Below are positions 1 through 10,649 of a stretch of DNA of 64,000 nucleotides, piece after piece; within the stretch, counting starts at the first letter, position 1, and every line of letters starts with the position of its first letter. The DNA is from a virus. The notes beneath the pieces are model-generated. The model was not told the origin of the DNA and did not search any database. It was given only the letters and a program-made list of their open reading frames with translations. The stretch lies in IMG/VR virus record IMGVR_UViG_3300044633_000521, one strand, 5' to 3'. Made by a program: the position numbers and the translations under genes.

Positions 1-1
1 A

Positions 2-1552
2 ACTGATACAGGTGCATTAATTGTAGCCGGTGGCGTGGGTATAGCTAAAAATGCCTACATCGGTGGTAACACTCACATTGCTTCTACTAAAGTATTAACC
101 GTTGGCAAGGATATTGCTAGCGGAGTTTATCCAGAAAGTGTAGCACAATTCACCAGCAACGCTAATTTACACAGTAGCGTAAGTATACAAAATCTAAGTA
201 GTGGCCCAGGAGCAGCGTCTGAGTTCACTGCTATTAATAATACAGGTTCAAATGCCAGCGGGTATATATCAGTTGGGATAGCCAGTACCGGATTTAACAA
301 TAACAGTGCCATTAAAGCCACTGACGGGTATGTATTTACTGGAGCCTACACAGGCAACTTAGTAATAGGTGCTGGTTCAGCTGATGTAGTAATTACTGCC
401 GGCGGAGTATCTGACGAAAAAATAATAGCAAGATTTGATGCCACACACGGTAACCTTTCAGTATTGTCAGCAGCTGAATCAGTATCGCCACTATCGGGTG
501 CTATAACAACAGCGGGTGGTATTGGTGTTGGCGGCAACTTATACGTAGCCAGAGGCGCAGTGTTTAATGAACAGTCGACTCCTCGAAACTTCACAGTCAA
601 AGGTGTTAACACTACAACATTAATACATGCTGATAGCAATTACGGAGCAGTAGTTATCGGCGGCAGTAACGCAACACCTACATTAGGTGCTGTGGTTAAA
701 TTTAACAGCTCAGATTCTATCCGAGTTCCGGTGGGTAGCACTGCTGATCGCCCAAGTAATACAGGCAATGTTGATGTTGCTGGTATGGTGCGTTTTAACA
801 CTACAAACTCATCACTTGAGTTTTATAATGGTACTGATTGGGCAGTTGCTGGTAGTGACAGTACATTTACTATTATTACAAGTGAACAGTTTACAGGCAA
901 CGGCCTGGCTAATGTTTACGCATTAGGCTCAAATACAACCACTAACGGTACTGTAGTTAGTATCAACGGTATCGTACAGATTCCAACACTTGCTTATAGC
1001 ATTACAGGATCCACACTAACATTCAGTGAAAATCCAGCAGACGGCGACTTAATTGATGTTCGTATATTAACAACTACACAAACAGCGGGCCAAGAAGTAT
1101 CTAGCTCAAGCGGGTTTAATACATTCAGTCCAGCAGACGGTGTAGGTTCATCGATATATTCAGGTTCAAGCTCAAAAATACTTCGTGTTACAATGACCGA
1201 GCCGGGAGTATGGACATACCAAGACAGTACTAAAACAGCGTATGATGTAACTGCCACCACAGTTAGTTCAGCAAGTGCTCCAGTAATAGTGGATCAATTT
1301 GCGACAACTGCTTACTCAAGCGCAAAATACATTGTACAAATTAAACAAAGTAGTGCTAACGTACAAATAATGGAAGCGTTAGTAGTTCACGACAGTAGTA
1401 ATGCGTATGTATCAACCTACGGTGTAGTTGATACTAATGGTTCATTAGGTACATTAACAGCCAACGTAGTTAGCGGTAATGTTCGACTATACTACACTAG
1501 CTCGTCGTTGACTAATAGCAATGTTAAAGTTGCTACTACTTATATTGTTTAA
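2..1552 (+). CDS. Virion structural/tail fibre-like protein, 5' truncated
   Basis: Frame open from window start; G/S/T/N-rich with GAxxxxGGxGVGGNLY repeats and a GMVRFNTT...EFYNG motif typical of T4-like fibre proteins. Confidence 0.7.
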   Translation, partial: TDTGALIVAGGVGIAKNAYIGGNTHIASTKVLTVGKDIASGVYPESVAQFTSNANLHSSVSIQNLSSGPGAASEFTAINNTGSNASGYISVGIASTGFNNNSAIKATDGYVFTGAYTGNLVIGAGSADVVITAGGVSDEKIIARFDATHGNLSVLSAAESVSPLSGAITTAGGIGVGGNLYVARGAVFNEQSTPRNFTVKGVNTTTLIHADSNYGAVVIGGSNATPTLGAVVKFNSSDSIRVPVGSTADRPSNTGNVDVAGMVRFNTTNSSLEFYNGTDWAVAGSDSTFTIITSEQFTGNGLANVYALGSNTTTNGTVVSINGIVQIPTLAYSITGSTLTFSENPADGDLIDVRILTTTQTAGQEVSSSSGFNTFSPADGVGSSIYSGSSSKILRVTMTEPGVWTYQDSTKTAYDVTATTVSSASAPVIVDQFATTAYSSAKYIVQIKQSSANVQIMEALVVHDSSNAYVSTYGVVDTNGSLGTLTANVVSGNVRLYYTSSSLTNSNVKVATTYIV

Positions 1553-1560
1553 GGACAATC

Positions 1561-2301
1561 ATGTTAAAGATCAATAAACTATATAGAAAGTTTTATCAAG
1601 GCGAAAATATTGTAGTTGAGCGTAACTACTCTGACGGAGTTTGGCACGACACTACAGAGGTAGTACCAAACGCTATCATTAATAATCAGATATCTAACCA
1701 AGCAGTAGTACTCGGAAATGGTCCTAGCAGATTAGCGTTTAATCTTAATTTAATTAAGAATCATCGTGGTGGTCTACTAGGATCTAGGGCATTGCAAAGT
1801 TACGGATGTAATGCGCTATACAGAGATTTTCAACCTAACTTTTTAGTAGCTACTGGCAATGTTAATTTAATTAACGAAATAGCCACTAGCGGATATACTG
1901 ATGAGAACATAGTTTATACAAATAGTATACACACACTAGAATACCCTGGAAAATTTTATTTAATTCCACATGACCCGTATGCTGATGCTGGCACTACTGC
2001 TGCATATCTTGCTGCGTTTGACGGCCATAAAAATATCTATATGCTAGGATTTGATTGGCAAGACACTCCTGGCCACAACTATAACGTCTATGCCGGAACA
2101 GCACACTACGATTCGTTGACGACAACTGTCTTAGACCAAAAGTGGAAAACTAATCTTAAACAGTTAATGCAGATATACAACGATGTAAATTTTGCTTTTG
2201 TTTATACAAAAGCAGGACATCCTTTGCCCGCAGAGTGGGCAGACTTAACAAATGTGCGTGCGATAAACCATAACACATTTGCGTTAGAAGCAGATTTATA
2301 G
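1561..2301 (+). CDS. Hypothetical protein, DUF115/GT29-like fold (VLGNGPS...YGCNA...GFD)
   Basis: Motif pattern in translated ORF; AAGGA SD. Confidence 0.55.
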   Translation: MLKINKLYRKFYQGENIVVERNYSDGVWHDTTEVVPNAIINNQISNQAVVLGNGPSRLAFNLNLIKNHRGGLLGSRALQSYGCNALYRDFQPNFLVATGNVNLINEIATSGYTDENIVYTNSIHTLEYPGKFYLIPHDPYADAGTTAAYLAAFDGHKNIYMLGFDWQDTPGHNYNVYAGTAHYDSLTTTVLDQKWKTNLKQLMQIYNDVNFAFVYTKAGHPLPAEWADLTNVRAINHNTFALEADL

Positions 2302-2724
2302 TATAGATTCTAAGGTTTTAATCTTAGCAATAACTTCTTTGAAATTAATAGTTCGCCAAACGCCAGGGTGTAGTGGTTTGGGATGATCATCTAATTTAAC
2401 CCAGCAGTATCCGCGATGTTCGTGATTTAATTGCGGAATAAATTCTTCAGTGATTGGCAATATGAATGTATGATAAGAAAAATTATTCTTATCGCTGGTA
2501 AATTTTTCTATCGGAATAAGTTTAACTCCAGAAAAATCTACTCCTAACTCTTCAGTTAACTCTCTATATAGTGAATCTAAAAGATTTTCGTTGTGTTCGA
2601 TGGTGCCACCTGCTAGACCCCATGTACCTGCGTATTTTTTAGTATTTCTTAATAAGAATAAGTAACGATGTGTAGTTACACAATAGATGAACGTGCCAAC
2701 ACCTTCTATAGCACTAGAGTCCAC
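2296..2724 (-). CDS. NUDIX hydrolase
   Basis: Nudix box GGTIEHNENLLDSLYRELTEELG; probable GTG start at 2724. Confidence 0.85.
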   Translation of the reverse strand: MDSSAIEGVGTFIYCVTTHRYLFLLRNTKKYAGTWGLAGGTIEHNENLLDSLYRELTEELGVDFSGVKLIPIEKFTSDKNNFSYHTFILPITEEFIPQLNHEHRGYCWVKLDDHPKPLHPGVWRTINFKEVIAKIKTLESIL

Positions 2725-4121
2725 AGTCCGTTTTTGTATTCGCCTTCCCAGCTTTTCACCCATTGAACACCATCCCACTTATATTGAGTCCCAGTATTGA
2801 GATTACTTACATATTCTACACTAGTTGCCTGTTGGTTGTCAAATGAAACGGCCCAATGTGTACCATTGTATTCAATGATGTCATTTGCTCGTGCCACTAG
2901 ATCTTGCCCGTCTGTTCCTCGCCATACGCTAGGCCCATCACCAGGCGCAGTATCCCAGCTGCCAATGTCATTTAATATCAAAAATCTAGATCCATTGGTA
3001 GCAGATGCTGCCATAGCAACCGCAGTGTTTTTTCTCGGGTCAATGATCGCATCTATAGGATTTAATGTATTTGCTGGATATGTATCTATATCTGCGTTGA
3101 ATATTAATAGACTATCATCAGTCGGGTGATAACTCACAGTACCAACAATTTCATTTATACCATCTGTGCTAGTTAACCGCACTTGGCTAATGCCATTTTC
3201 TATCACACCGTAGACATTAATTAAATTACGCCAAATATCTCTAGTACCGATCTTAACAGGGGTTTCGATTAACACCTGTCCGTGATCATCTCTAGGAGCT
3301 TCTACTTCGCTCACTTTAAGTAAAGTTAAGGTATTACCAATTAGTAATACAGCATAATCCATGGGAGTAAAATATTGTCTATTACCCAATAGGTTAGCTT
3401 CACTAAACAATGCTGAATTTAAATCGCCTTGCGCATCGTGTATACTAGAAATAATTTTTTGAATCACTCCAAGTTTTTTAACTTTAGCGGGCGGACTAAT
3501 CCATACAGGTAACTTAAATGTTAGCGTAGCAACATCAATCGGATCAGTGGTACCAATGGGTACTGATCGACTAGTCCAGTTAACATTTTCTAAATAAATT
3601 ACACTCAAGCTAGTCCAGTCGATATAATTGTCGGTACTTTGTATTTCTAATGCCGGATTAAACAATACCTGAAGTTGCTCAATTAACTGTAATTTTTGTT
3701 TAGTATTGCTAGTCCATATATCTAACTTAAGTTCTAACGTATATGGAACAGGCATCATACGTTCAATAGTAAATGCGTTTCCTTGACGTTGTTCGTACTC
3801 TTGCGTAGACTCGTTGTAGTAGCGTTGGCGAATATTCATCTTACCAACAAACGTAGGATCTTGAACACGGTCGCGATCGTAGGTTAATCCGTTGATATAC
3901 ACAGTCATAGCAGGGACAGGGGGTAGTGCGTTACCTGCTGAGTTATTCTGTAATATACTTGCTACCTGACGACTGCCGTCACCCCAGTAAACAGGCACAC
4001 GCTGTAAGGTAGTAGTACCAGTACGGTCCTTACCGAACTCTACTTGAAACCCTGACACCATACGAATGAACTGCGCTAAAAAGCGTTCGATTTGCGCATC
4101 ATAAAAAAATTGTTGAGCCAT
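2706..4121 (-). CDS. Tail completion/sheath stabilizer, T4 gp15-like with C-terminal extension
   Basis: FYD..I.R, VPV..G, YD..R, PVPY.L...L.I and QL.EQ...LFNP motifs. Confidence 0.8.
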   Translation of the reverse strand: MAQQFFYDAQIERFLAQFIRMVSGFQVEFGKDRTGTTTLQRVPVYWGDGSRQVASILQNNSAGNALPPVPAMTVYINGLTYDRDRVQDPTFVGKMNIRQRYYNESTQEYEQRQGNAFTIERMMPVPYTLELKLDIWTSNTKQKLQLIEQLQVLFNPALEIQSTDNYIDWTSLSVIYLENVNWTSRSVPIGTTDPIDVATLTFKLPVWISPPAKVKKLGVIQKIISSIHDAQGDLNSALFSEANLLGNRQYFTPMDYAVLLIGNTLTLLKVSEVEAPRDDHGQVLIETPVKIGTRDIWRNLINVYGVIENGISQVRLTSTDGINEIVGTVSYHPTDDSLLIFNADIDTYPANTLNPIDAIIDPRKNTAVAMAASATNGSRFLILNDIGSWDTAPGDGPSVWRGTDGQDLVARANDIIEYNGTHWAVSFDNQQATSVEYVSNLNTGTQYKWDGVQWVKSWEGEYKNGLWTLVL

Positions 4122-5551
4122 TAGTTATCCGCCGAAGGTCTTAGTGCGTCACTTAAACTTTGACGCTGGTATGTTACATTAGCATATACTGTGTATTCTA
4201 ATACATCGTTAGTATTGAGTGTATTAGACACTGTAAATGACAAATTACCACCAGTATTGGCTATGGTATTGGTAATAATTAAGCTATTAAGCACAGTTTT
4301 AACGCCATAGGTACTAACATACGGTGTTTTTGTAATTACAGTTTTGTTACTCAATGTGAATGAATTTGTGTGAGCTCCGGTGGACGGAGTATATGGACTT
4401 GCAACTTTAATAGCATCCCACCCTAGCGCATTTTTATAGTTAGCATCTGTATTATTAACGAAGCCACTACGTTGTGTTGTATTTGTAGCACCGGGTGTAA
4501 GATTTGTTCTCACGTTATCCTCAATTTTAATCCATCGACGTCCATCGTAACGGAATAGTCGATTGGGGATATAATCTAAACGTAGGTAATAGTCACCAAC
4601 AGTTGGTGTATTAGGAAAAGCGACACCAGCGGCTACTACACCGCCATTAGGTAATTGACCGTCACTGGTTAAATACCCCTGTACTTTACTCGACGAGGTT
4701 GTAGTAATAGCACTAGCATCACTGATGCTTTCGCTGGCATCTTCAGTGGCATTACTAGCATCTAAAGCACCGGGATCGCCCGGGTAGCCGGAGGCATCCT
4801 GTACAGGTTCGTGGTAGATAAAGCTAGTATCATACCCACTAGCCGGAACATCTGATTCAGCACGTGCTACCACCGCATCATTAATATCAATATATTTGTT
4901 ATAGGTACTTAATAACTCTCCTAACGACGGTTCACCTGGATCGAGTATACCGTTACCATTGGTATCAACTCCTGGAATGTTATTAAGAATATCTTTGTAT
5001 TCTTGGCTATCTACTAGCGGAGCAACTTTAACACGCCATAGGTGTGGGTACCAAGTCGGAGCAAATCCTTCGGCAGCACGAGTAGCATCTTGTACTACAT
5101 AGTAGCGTTTAAGTGCTGCGGCAATTCCCTCGTCTAGTGGATAAAAGTCCTTAAGGTGCGGCAATTCTAACACATCACCTATCATAATCTTGCGCCCTAA
5201 GTTCTCAACCATGTCATTTAAATGGAATACCATGAATATAGTATCGCCAGTTAGGAATAGACCGAATTGTGTTAGATCAAAATCATTATCGTTCATGCGA
5301 TAGATAGTACGCATAGTATATACACTAGTGTCGTACTTGCGATCGCGATTTTCTAAGAATAATAAGTCTTGAATAGTAGTAACACTAGTGCCACCGGGTT
5401 CGGTGTTGCTAGTAAATCCCTGATCTACAGGACCTAAGTATTTGTGAAGATTAATGTCAGTACCACCAGTGGTGAACATTTCACTAATTCTTCGATCAAA
5501 GAACTTGTAGTCATTGCCCTTATTTGGACGATAAAGTGAAAGACGTGGCAT
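4121..5551 (-). CDS. Neck/head-closure protein, gp14-like
   Basis: L.QFGL....D.I.M.FH and GDVLELPH motifs; adjacent to gp15-like gene. Confidence 0.65.
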   Translation of the reverse strand: MPRLSLYRPNKGNDYKFFDRRISEMFTTGGTDINLHKYLGPVDQGFTSNTEPGGTSVTTIQDLLFLENRDRKYDTSVYTMRTIYRMNDNDFDLTQFGLFLTGDTIFMVFHLNDMVENLGRKIMIGDVLELPHLKDFYPLDEGIAAALKRYYVVQDATRAAEGFAPTWYPHLWRVKVAPLVDSQEYKDILNNIPGVDTNGNGILDPGEPSLGELLSTYNKYIDINDAVVARAESDVPASGYDTSFIYHEPVQDASGYPGDPGALDASNATEDASESISDASAITTTSSSKVQGYLTSDGQLPNGGVVAAGVAFPNTPTVGDYYLRLDYIPNRLFRYDGRRWIKIEDNVRTNLTPGATNTTQRSGFVNNTDANYKNALGWDAIKVASPYTPSTGAHTNSFTLSNKTVITKTPYVSTYGVKTVLNSLIITNTIANTGGNLSFTVSNTLNTNDVLEYTVYANVTYQRQSLSDALRPSADN

Positions 5552-5582
5552 TACTATATCCTATTATCTAGTATTTAGCTGA

Positions 5583-5611
5583 TTGACAACTAGAAGAAAT
5601 GATAGTATACT
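5583..5611 (+). promoter_or_regulatory. Sigma70-type early promoter
   Basis: TTGACA-N17-TATACT. Confidence 0.8.
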
Positions 5612-5620
5612 TATGAAACT

Positions 5621-5890
5621 ATGAAACATCAAATACAGACAAGTTTAGATTGGCCTGTTGTACAAACAGCACTTGAAGCTCCACTACACCGTATGAAAAA
5701 GTATACACACGAAATGTGGAACATCAGTCATAATATTGGCTTAATGGTTAAAGATATAAGTAAAGAAGAAATCAATTGTCGCAGGCATCAAAAGCAAACT
5801 AGACTACATAAAGAATTAGTTGACAAAGTCAATGAAGAGATAGCAAACTATGAACGCATGATAACGTTTGCTGTATTATTAACAGGTTGA
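5621..5890 (+). CDS. Hypothetical protein
   Basis: ORF directly downstream of promoter. Confidence 0.65.
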   Translation: MKHQIQTSLDWPVVQTALEAPLHRMKKYTHEMWNISHNIGLMVKDISKEEINCRRHQKQTRLHKELVDKVNEEIANYERMITFAVLLTG

Positions 5891-5915
5891 CAAATTACCA
5901 AAAAGGCTATATAAT
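5887..5915 (+). promoter_or_regulatory. Sigma70-type early promoter
   Basis: TTGACA-N17-TATAAT. Confidence 0.85.
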
Positions 5916-5922
5916 GTTAATT

Positions 5923-6102
5923 ATGACAATAGAAGAAGCATACGCAGAAGTACAAGGGTTTGGAGAAATGAGCGGTGTCTGTAACCTGTGGGCGGCACTT
6001 AAGGCAATCGAAACTGAATGGGATGACATAGACACCCACACAAAAACAGCCTATAAAATGGTTAAACGCGAGTTAGAAAAGGAAATAACAAATGGCAATT
6101 AA
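5923..6102 (+). CDS. Hypothetical protein (probably leaderless)
   Basis: ATG 5923 lies at the expected start site of the 5887 promoter. Confidence 0.55.
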   Translation: MTIEEAYAEVQGFGEMSGVCNLWAALKAIETEWDDIDTHTKTAYKMVKRELEKEITNGN

Positions 6103-7285
6103 AGTAGATGGCGCAAAGAAAAAAGCTAAAACAGCAACACGTGATCCTATTTTTGCTGATGAGAAAGCGATGGGCGGTGAACCAGTTTGGGATACTGAGC
6201 GTGCTCTTAAAATGGATGAAGCAGATTTTGACCATCATATGCGCGAAAGTCTGCGCTATTATAACTATTTCTATTCTAGCAAAGAACTTAAAAAGTATTT
6301 GGTAGATTGGTTAAAACAAACAGCGGGTATTGCCCATAAACTAGATGCGGCAACTATTACACGCTTTGCTAAAAGCACAGACGGGTATACTCCATTAACT
6401 GCTCCTGCACTAATTAAAGCACACACTAAAGGTATGCCGTTGTTGGCCAGACACATCAAATACATCGTTGATACGGTACATAAAACACTAGCGTTAGATG
6501 ACGCAGATGAAAAAGTAGTTGAGGAAGTAGCCGATAAAACTAAACCAGCTGTTAAAGTTATTACAATTCAAGACCGTATGAATGATATCATGAAGACTCA
6601 TATCCTACACTTTGAAGAACTTGAAGATAAACTATACGAGGGTGAAACAATTGACCCTAAAGCATACGATTATCTAAGCGGTAAAAGCGTACCACAGGCA
6701 ATGCTGGGTAAAATACAGGCTGTGTTTGAACGCCGGTATGCTGAAATTACAGAAGCCAAAACAACTAAAGACGAAGATCTTAAAGATGCTTATGCTTATA
6801 TGAAAACAGCAGATTGGAAACGCTATGATGCGTTTTATACAAAACTGTTTGAGGGACTAACACAGTACGGACAAGTTAAGAAGGCAACTAAGAAAGCGGC
6901 AGTACGTAAGCCGCCACAAAAAGAGAAATTAGTCGCTAAACTTAAGTATCTTAAAAATGACCCTACTACTAAATTAGTAAGTATTAGCCCAGTTGATATC
7001 ATCGGCGCACAAGAGCTTTGGGTATATAATACCAAGACACGCAAACTAGGCAAGTACGTGGCGGAAGCAATGGGTGGAGCACTAGGCGTTAAAGGTACTG
7101 CTATAACAGGTTTTAACGAGTCTACAAGCGTACAAAAAACTTTACGTAAGCCAGAGCTACAGTTAAAAGAGTTTATGGCCGCAGGAAAGATCCAATTACG
7201 TAAGTTCTTAGATGATATCAAAGCAACTGATATTAAATTAAACGGACGTATCAATCAAGACACTATCTTACTCAGAGTAGCATAA
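6092..7285 (+). CDS. Hypothetical protein (basic)
   Basis: 397 aa ORF with AAGGA SD; no recognised function. Confidence 0.8.
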   Translation: MAIKVDGAKKKAKTATRDPIFADEKAMGGEPVWDTERALKMDEADFDHHMRESLRYYNYFYSSKELKKYLVDWLKQTAGIAHKLDAATITRFAKSTDGYTPLTAPALIKAHTKGMPLLARHIKYIVDTVHKTLALDDADEKVVEEVADKTKPAVKVITIQDRMNDIMKTHILHFEELEDKLYEGETIDPKAYDYLSGKSVPQAMLGKIQAVFERRYAEITEAKTTKDEDLKDAYAYMKTADWKRYDAFYTKLFEGLTQYGQVKKATKKAAVRKPPQKEKLVAKLKYLKNDPTTKLVSISPVDIIGAQELWVYNTKTRKLGKYVAEAMGGALGVKGTAITGFNESTSVQKTLRKPELQLKEFMAAGKIQLRKFLDDIKATDIKLNGRINQDTILLRVA

Positions 7286-7290
7286 ACCTA

Positions 7291-7336
7291 ATATTATCCT
7301 GTTGTTGGACATAAATACACAATAATAGGATAATAT
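7291..7336 (+). promoter_or_regulatory. RBS-sequestering hairpin with late promoter (ATAAATA) in its loop
   Basis: 17-bp stem 7291-7307/7320-7336 covers the AGGA SD and part of the ATG. Confidence 0.75.
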
Positions 7337-8255
7337 GATGGCCGACTTACCAGCAAATGTAACAGCAACAACTGATTTAACATCTCATCTCAGTCTAACT
7401 ACTAAATCTTTATTTGACCCAGTCGCAGGTACAGGTGCTGGCCATATCGCGTTTGATCAAAATTTACAAGATCAGCTTGAGACAGTAGCTAAACAACGGA
7501 ACGATATCATTGACTATATTCGCTTTAGATTGGGTGATGGTATGGTTGATGTTGAAGCAGACAAAGAGCACTTTGATATGGGGATTACCCAGGCATTATT
7601 GCGCTATCGTCAGAAGAGTTCTAACTCAGTAGAAGAAAGTTACGCTTTCTTAGATGTCTATCCTGAAACGCAAGAATATATTCTTCCTAAAGAAATTATG
7701 AATGTACGTGCTATGTACCGTCGTGGTATTGGATCAGTTACAGGCACGACTGCTAGTCAGTTTGAACCATTTGCTAGTGGGTATCTAAACACTTATATGC
7801 TAGTAGCAGGTCGTGTTGGTGGTTTGGTGAACTACGAATTATTTGTAGACTATCAAAAGCTAGCTATGCGTATGTTTGGTGGATTTATTCAGTTTTCATT
7901 TAATCGCACTACTAAAAAATTAGTACTAACTCGTAAAATTCCAAATTTTGGACAAAACTATAATGAAAATATCAGTGAAAGCGTTCTACTACATGTAGAT
8001 AACTATAAACCCGATATTATGTTGTTTAATGACACACACGCATTGCCTTGGATCCAAGACTACGCTCTAGCATTTGTCATGATTAGTATCGGTAATGCTC
8101 GCGAAAAGTTTGCGCAAATTGCTGGCCCACAAGGAGGTACCACTCTAAATGGTACACAACTTAAAACAGAAGGCGCTGCCTTGTTAGAGCGATTAGATGA
8201 AGACGTTAAAAATTATGCTGATGGGGGAACACCCTTAACCTGGTTTATGGGCTAG
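7335..8255 (+). CDS. Neck protein/head-tail adaptor, gp13-like
   Basis: DYIRFRLG..MVDVE and REKFAQIAGPQGGTTLNG motifs. Confidence 0.85.
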   Translation: MMADLPANVTATTDLTSHLSLTTKSLFDPVAGTGAGHIAFDQNLQDQLETVAKQRNDIIDYIRFRLGDGMVDVEADKEHFDMGITQALLRYRQKSSNSVEESYAFLDVYPETQEYILPKEIMNVRAMYRRGIGSVTGTTASQFEPFASGYLNTYMLVAGRVGGLVNYELFVDYQKLAMRMFGGFIQFSFNRTTKKLVLTRKIPNFGQNYNENISESVLLHVDNYKPDIMLFNDTHALPWIQDYALAFVMISIGNAREKFAQIAGPQGGTTLNGTQLKTEGAALLERLDEDVKNYADGGTPLTWFMG

Positions 8256-8262
8256 TGATGGC

Positions 8263-9525
8263 ATGACTACGCATGTCATAGATTTGTATGAGCTATTTTC
8301 GGGGTTATACCAGCCTAATTTAGATATAGGTATAGATTCAATATTTGATAATTATAGAGCAAATCAAACTTCTCAGCCCGATCGTGTAGTCTTATTATGG
8401 CATCATGATTTTAATACAGAATTTTTTTACACTGTTCCGTATACGTTAGAAAAATTTACAATTAAATTTGCTTCTATTGGCATCACAGATTTAATCTTTA
8501 CTGTTAGTGACTTGGCGAAAGATTTTAGATCAGAGCTAAGTGCTTACAATGTAATATATCTCAGCAGTGTCATCTCAATGATAGATTATTACAATCCAAT
8601 TATACCGACACCCAATCGAATCGAATACAAAAATAAATTTTTATTTCTACCCGGTAAGTTAGATAAATTTAACAGGATAGGATTGTTGTCAGAACTGTAT
8701 AAACATAATCTAATAGATGATAGATACGGTGAAATAAAAATTTCTACGCAACAACTATCATTGGACCTTGCTTTGTTTGTTGCGGCAGACATTGACTTTA
8801 ACAAATTCATAAATCATCTAACTTCTTTTAAATCGACCGAATATTTAGACAAGAAGTTTTCATATTTTGATTTAGCTGTTGATCTTCATAAAAAGACTAA
8901 ATTTAGTTTAATTGCTGAAACTGAATTTAATACTAATAACAAACAATTTATTTCAGAAAAAACATTTAAGGCTATAGTTAATAAGCATCCGTTTGTGTTA
9001 GCTGCCAATGTTGGTGTGCTATCGACACTTAAAAAAATGGGATTTAGGACTTTTGAAAATTACTTGCCTGTATCGGATTATGATTCAATAACTGATCCTA
9101 ATCTAAGATTAACAGCTATTGTAAAAAATGTCCAAGGCATATTAGATATGTCTGATGACGAATTTTTACCGCTTAAACAAGACGCAGAGCATAACTTTAA
9201 TATATTCGCAGAATTGGTACTTAATAATCGAGCAGAGCTAGCGGCAACAATTAATGAAACGAATATTAGTACTTTGCTAGATAATAAATCTATAATAGAA
9301 CTTTTACATAGCAAAGCATTATATTACTACAACAATTTAGATAAGCTACAGACTCTAATAGAAAAAAATAATCAAACCCACCGTATCTATGATGATATGA
9401 TCAACTGGCGAATATTTTATTCTTCGGTAAAAGGAGAAAACTGGCCAAAGTTTTGTGAACAAGATAAAATCAACACATTACCAGAATGGATTCAAAAAGA
9501 AATAAAAGAATTCCAAAATAGCTAG
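8263..9525 (+). CDS. Hypothetical protein, possible glycosyltransferase-like (IAETEF...ISEKTFKAI..HPF)
   Basis: Long AT-rich ORF; motif pattern only. Confidence 0.55.
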   Translation: MTTHVIDLYELFSGLYQPNLDIGIDSIFDNYRANQTSQPDRVVLLWHHDFNTEFFYTVPYTLEKFTIKFASIGITDLIFTVSDLAKDFRSELSAYNVIYLSSVISMIDYYNPIIPTPNRIEYKNKFLFLPGKLDKFNRIGLLSELYKHNLIDDRYGEIKISTQQLSLDLALFVAADIDFNKFINHLTSFKSTEYLDKKFSYFDLAVDLHKKTKFSLIAETEFNTNNKQFISEKTFKAIVNKHPFVLAANVGVLSTLKKMGFRTFENYLPVSDYDSITDPNLRLTAIVKNVQGILDMSDDEFLPLKQDAEHNFNIFAELVLNNRAELAATINETNISTLLDNKSIIELLHSKALYYYNNLDKLQTLIEKNNQTHRIYDDMINWRIFYSSVKGENWPKFCEQDKINTLPEWIQKEIKEFQNS

Positions 9526-9574
9526 ACTTTGTGATATTTTTGTAATAAAATATACATATCAATTAGGAGTTTTT

Positions 9575-10237
9575 ATGAGTTCTATCATCGCTATCTGCGG
9601 CTTTATGGGATCTGGCAAAGATACTATAGCCGATTATCTAGTTAATTTCCACGGTTACAAACGCGAGAGCTTTGCTAACAGCCTCAAAGATGCTATAAGT
9701 GTGATATTTGGATGGGACCGTGAGCTATTAGAAGGCCGTACTAAACAATCTAGAGAATGGCGAGAAACTCGAGACGAGTGGTGGAGTGCTCGCTTAAAGC
9801 AAGACATCACACCGCGATATATTTTACAATATTGGGGCACAGAAGTAGTACGTAGGGGCTTCCACAATGATATGTGGGTAGCGAGCTTAGAAAATAGGCT
9901 ACTTAACAGCAAAGACGATATTGTTATTACTGACTGCCGTTTTCCAAATGAAATTAAAGCCCTTAAAAACATTGGTGCTAAGGTGCTTAGAGTCAAACGT
10001 GGAGTAGAACCCGAATGGTATGAGCATGCTAAGAACTATAATAAAGGAATGAAGCGTATTGGCTGGGCAATAGGCAAGGATGTATTAGAAAAAGCTAATG
10101 TTCATGCCAGCGAGTACAGTTGGGTGGGCAGTAAGTTTGATCGAGTTATTGAAAATGATGGAACCATCGAAGAGTTGTATGCGCAGGTAGAAGCACTATT
10201 AAAAGTCGGGAACGAGGTCGCCCTGGCGCCAGCCTAG
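9575..10237 (+). CDS. Deoxynucleoside monophosphate kinase, T4 gp1-like
   Basis: P-loop GFMGSGKDT; TPR..LQ..GTE; ITDCRFPNE. Confidence 0.92.
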   Translation: MSSIIAICGFMGSGKDTIADYLVNFHGYKRESFANSLKDAISVIFGWDRELLEGRTKQSREWRETRDEWWSARLKQDITPRYILQYWGTEVVRRGFHNDMWVASLENRLLNSKDDIVITDCRFPNEIKALKNIGAKVLRVKRGVEPEWYEHAKNYNKGMKRIGWAIGKDVLEKANVHASEYSWVGSKFDRVIENDGTIEELYAQVEALLKVGNEVALAPA

Positions 10238-10549
10238 CCCGTCACGAGCTACTTCGTATTGGCAGTTGGCACATATTGTTCTTAAATTGGATAGACTATT
10301 ATTGTTAAGATTACCATCAGTGTAGTAAACAAATAGTTGCTCTTTATATTTTGCCTTAAAGCCGCACTTTTCACAGTGCGGTTTCTTTTTGTAACCTGCC
10401 TTGTGCCAACTTGGCACAGGTGCGGCTTTATTTTTCTTTTTACGTATACAACTGTCACAACGAGTCCTATAATAGGTTACGCCTTCACGTTTATAGTTGA
10501 TCGCTGCGGGTTTTTTGCCGCAAACCTCACATAATTTTCGCCATTGCAT
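10199..10549 (-). CDS. Zn-finger/HNH-like protein
   Basis: CxxC pairs and DGNLNNN...NL.TICANC; catalytic His appears replaced. Confidence 0.7.
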   Translation of the reverse strand: MQWRKLCEVCGKKPAAINYKREGVTYYRTRCDSCIRKKKNKAAPVPSWHKAGYKKKPHCEKCGFKAKYKEQLFVYYTDGNLNNNSLSNLRTICANCQYEVARDGLGWRQGDLVPDF

Positions 10550-10649
10550 ACATCTATTTAGTTGAACCTTTTAAAGGGCACCTAACAGCACCGATTTTGA
10601 TAATATAAAATAAATAGTTTAAAGTATTATTATAAAAGGATACTATACT

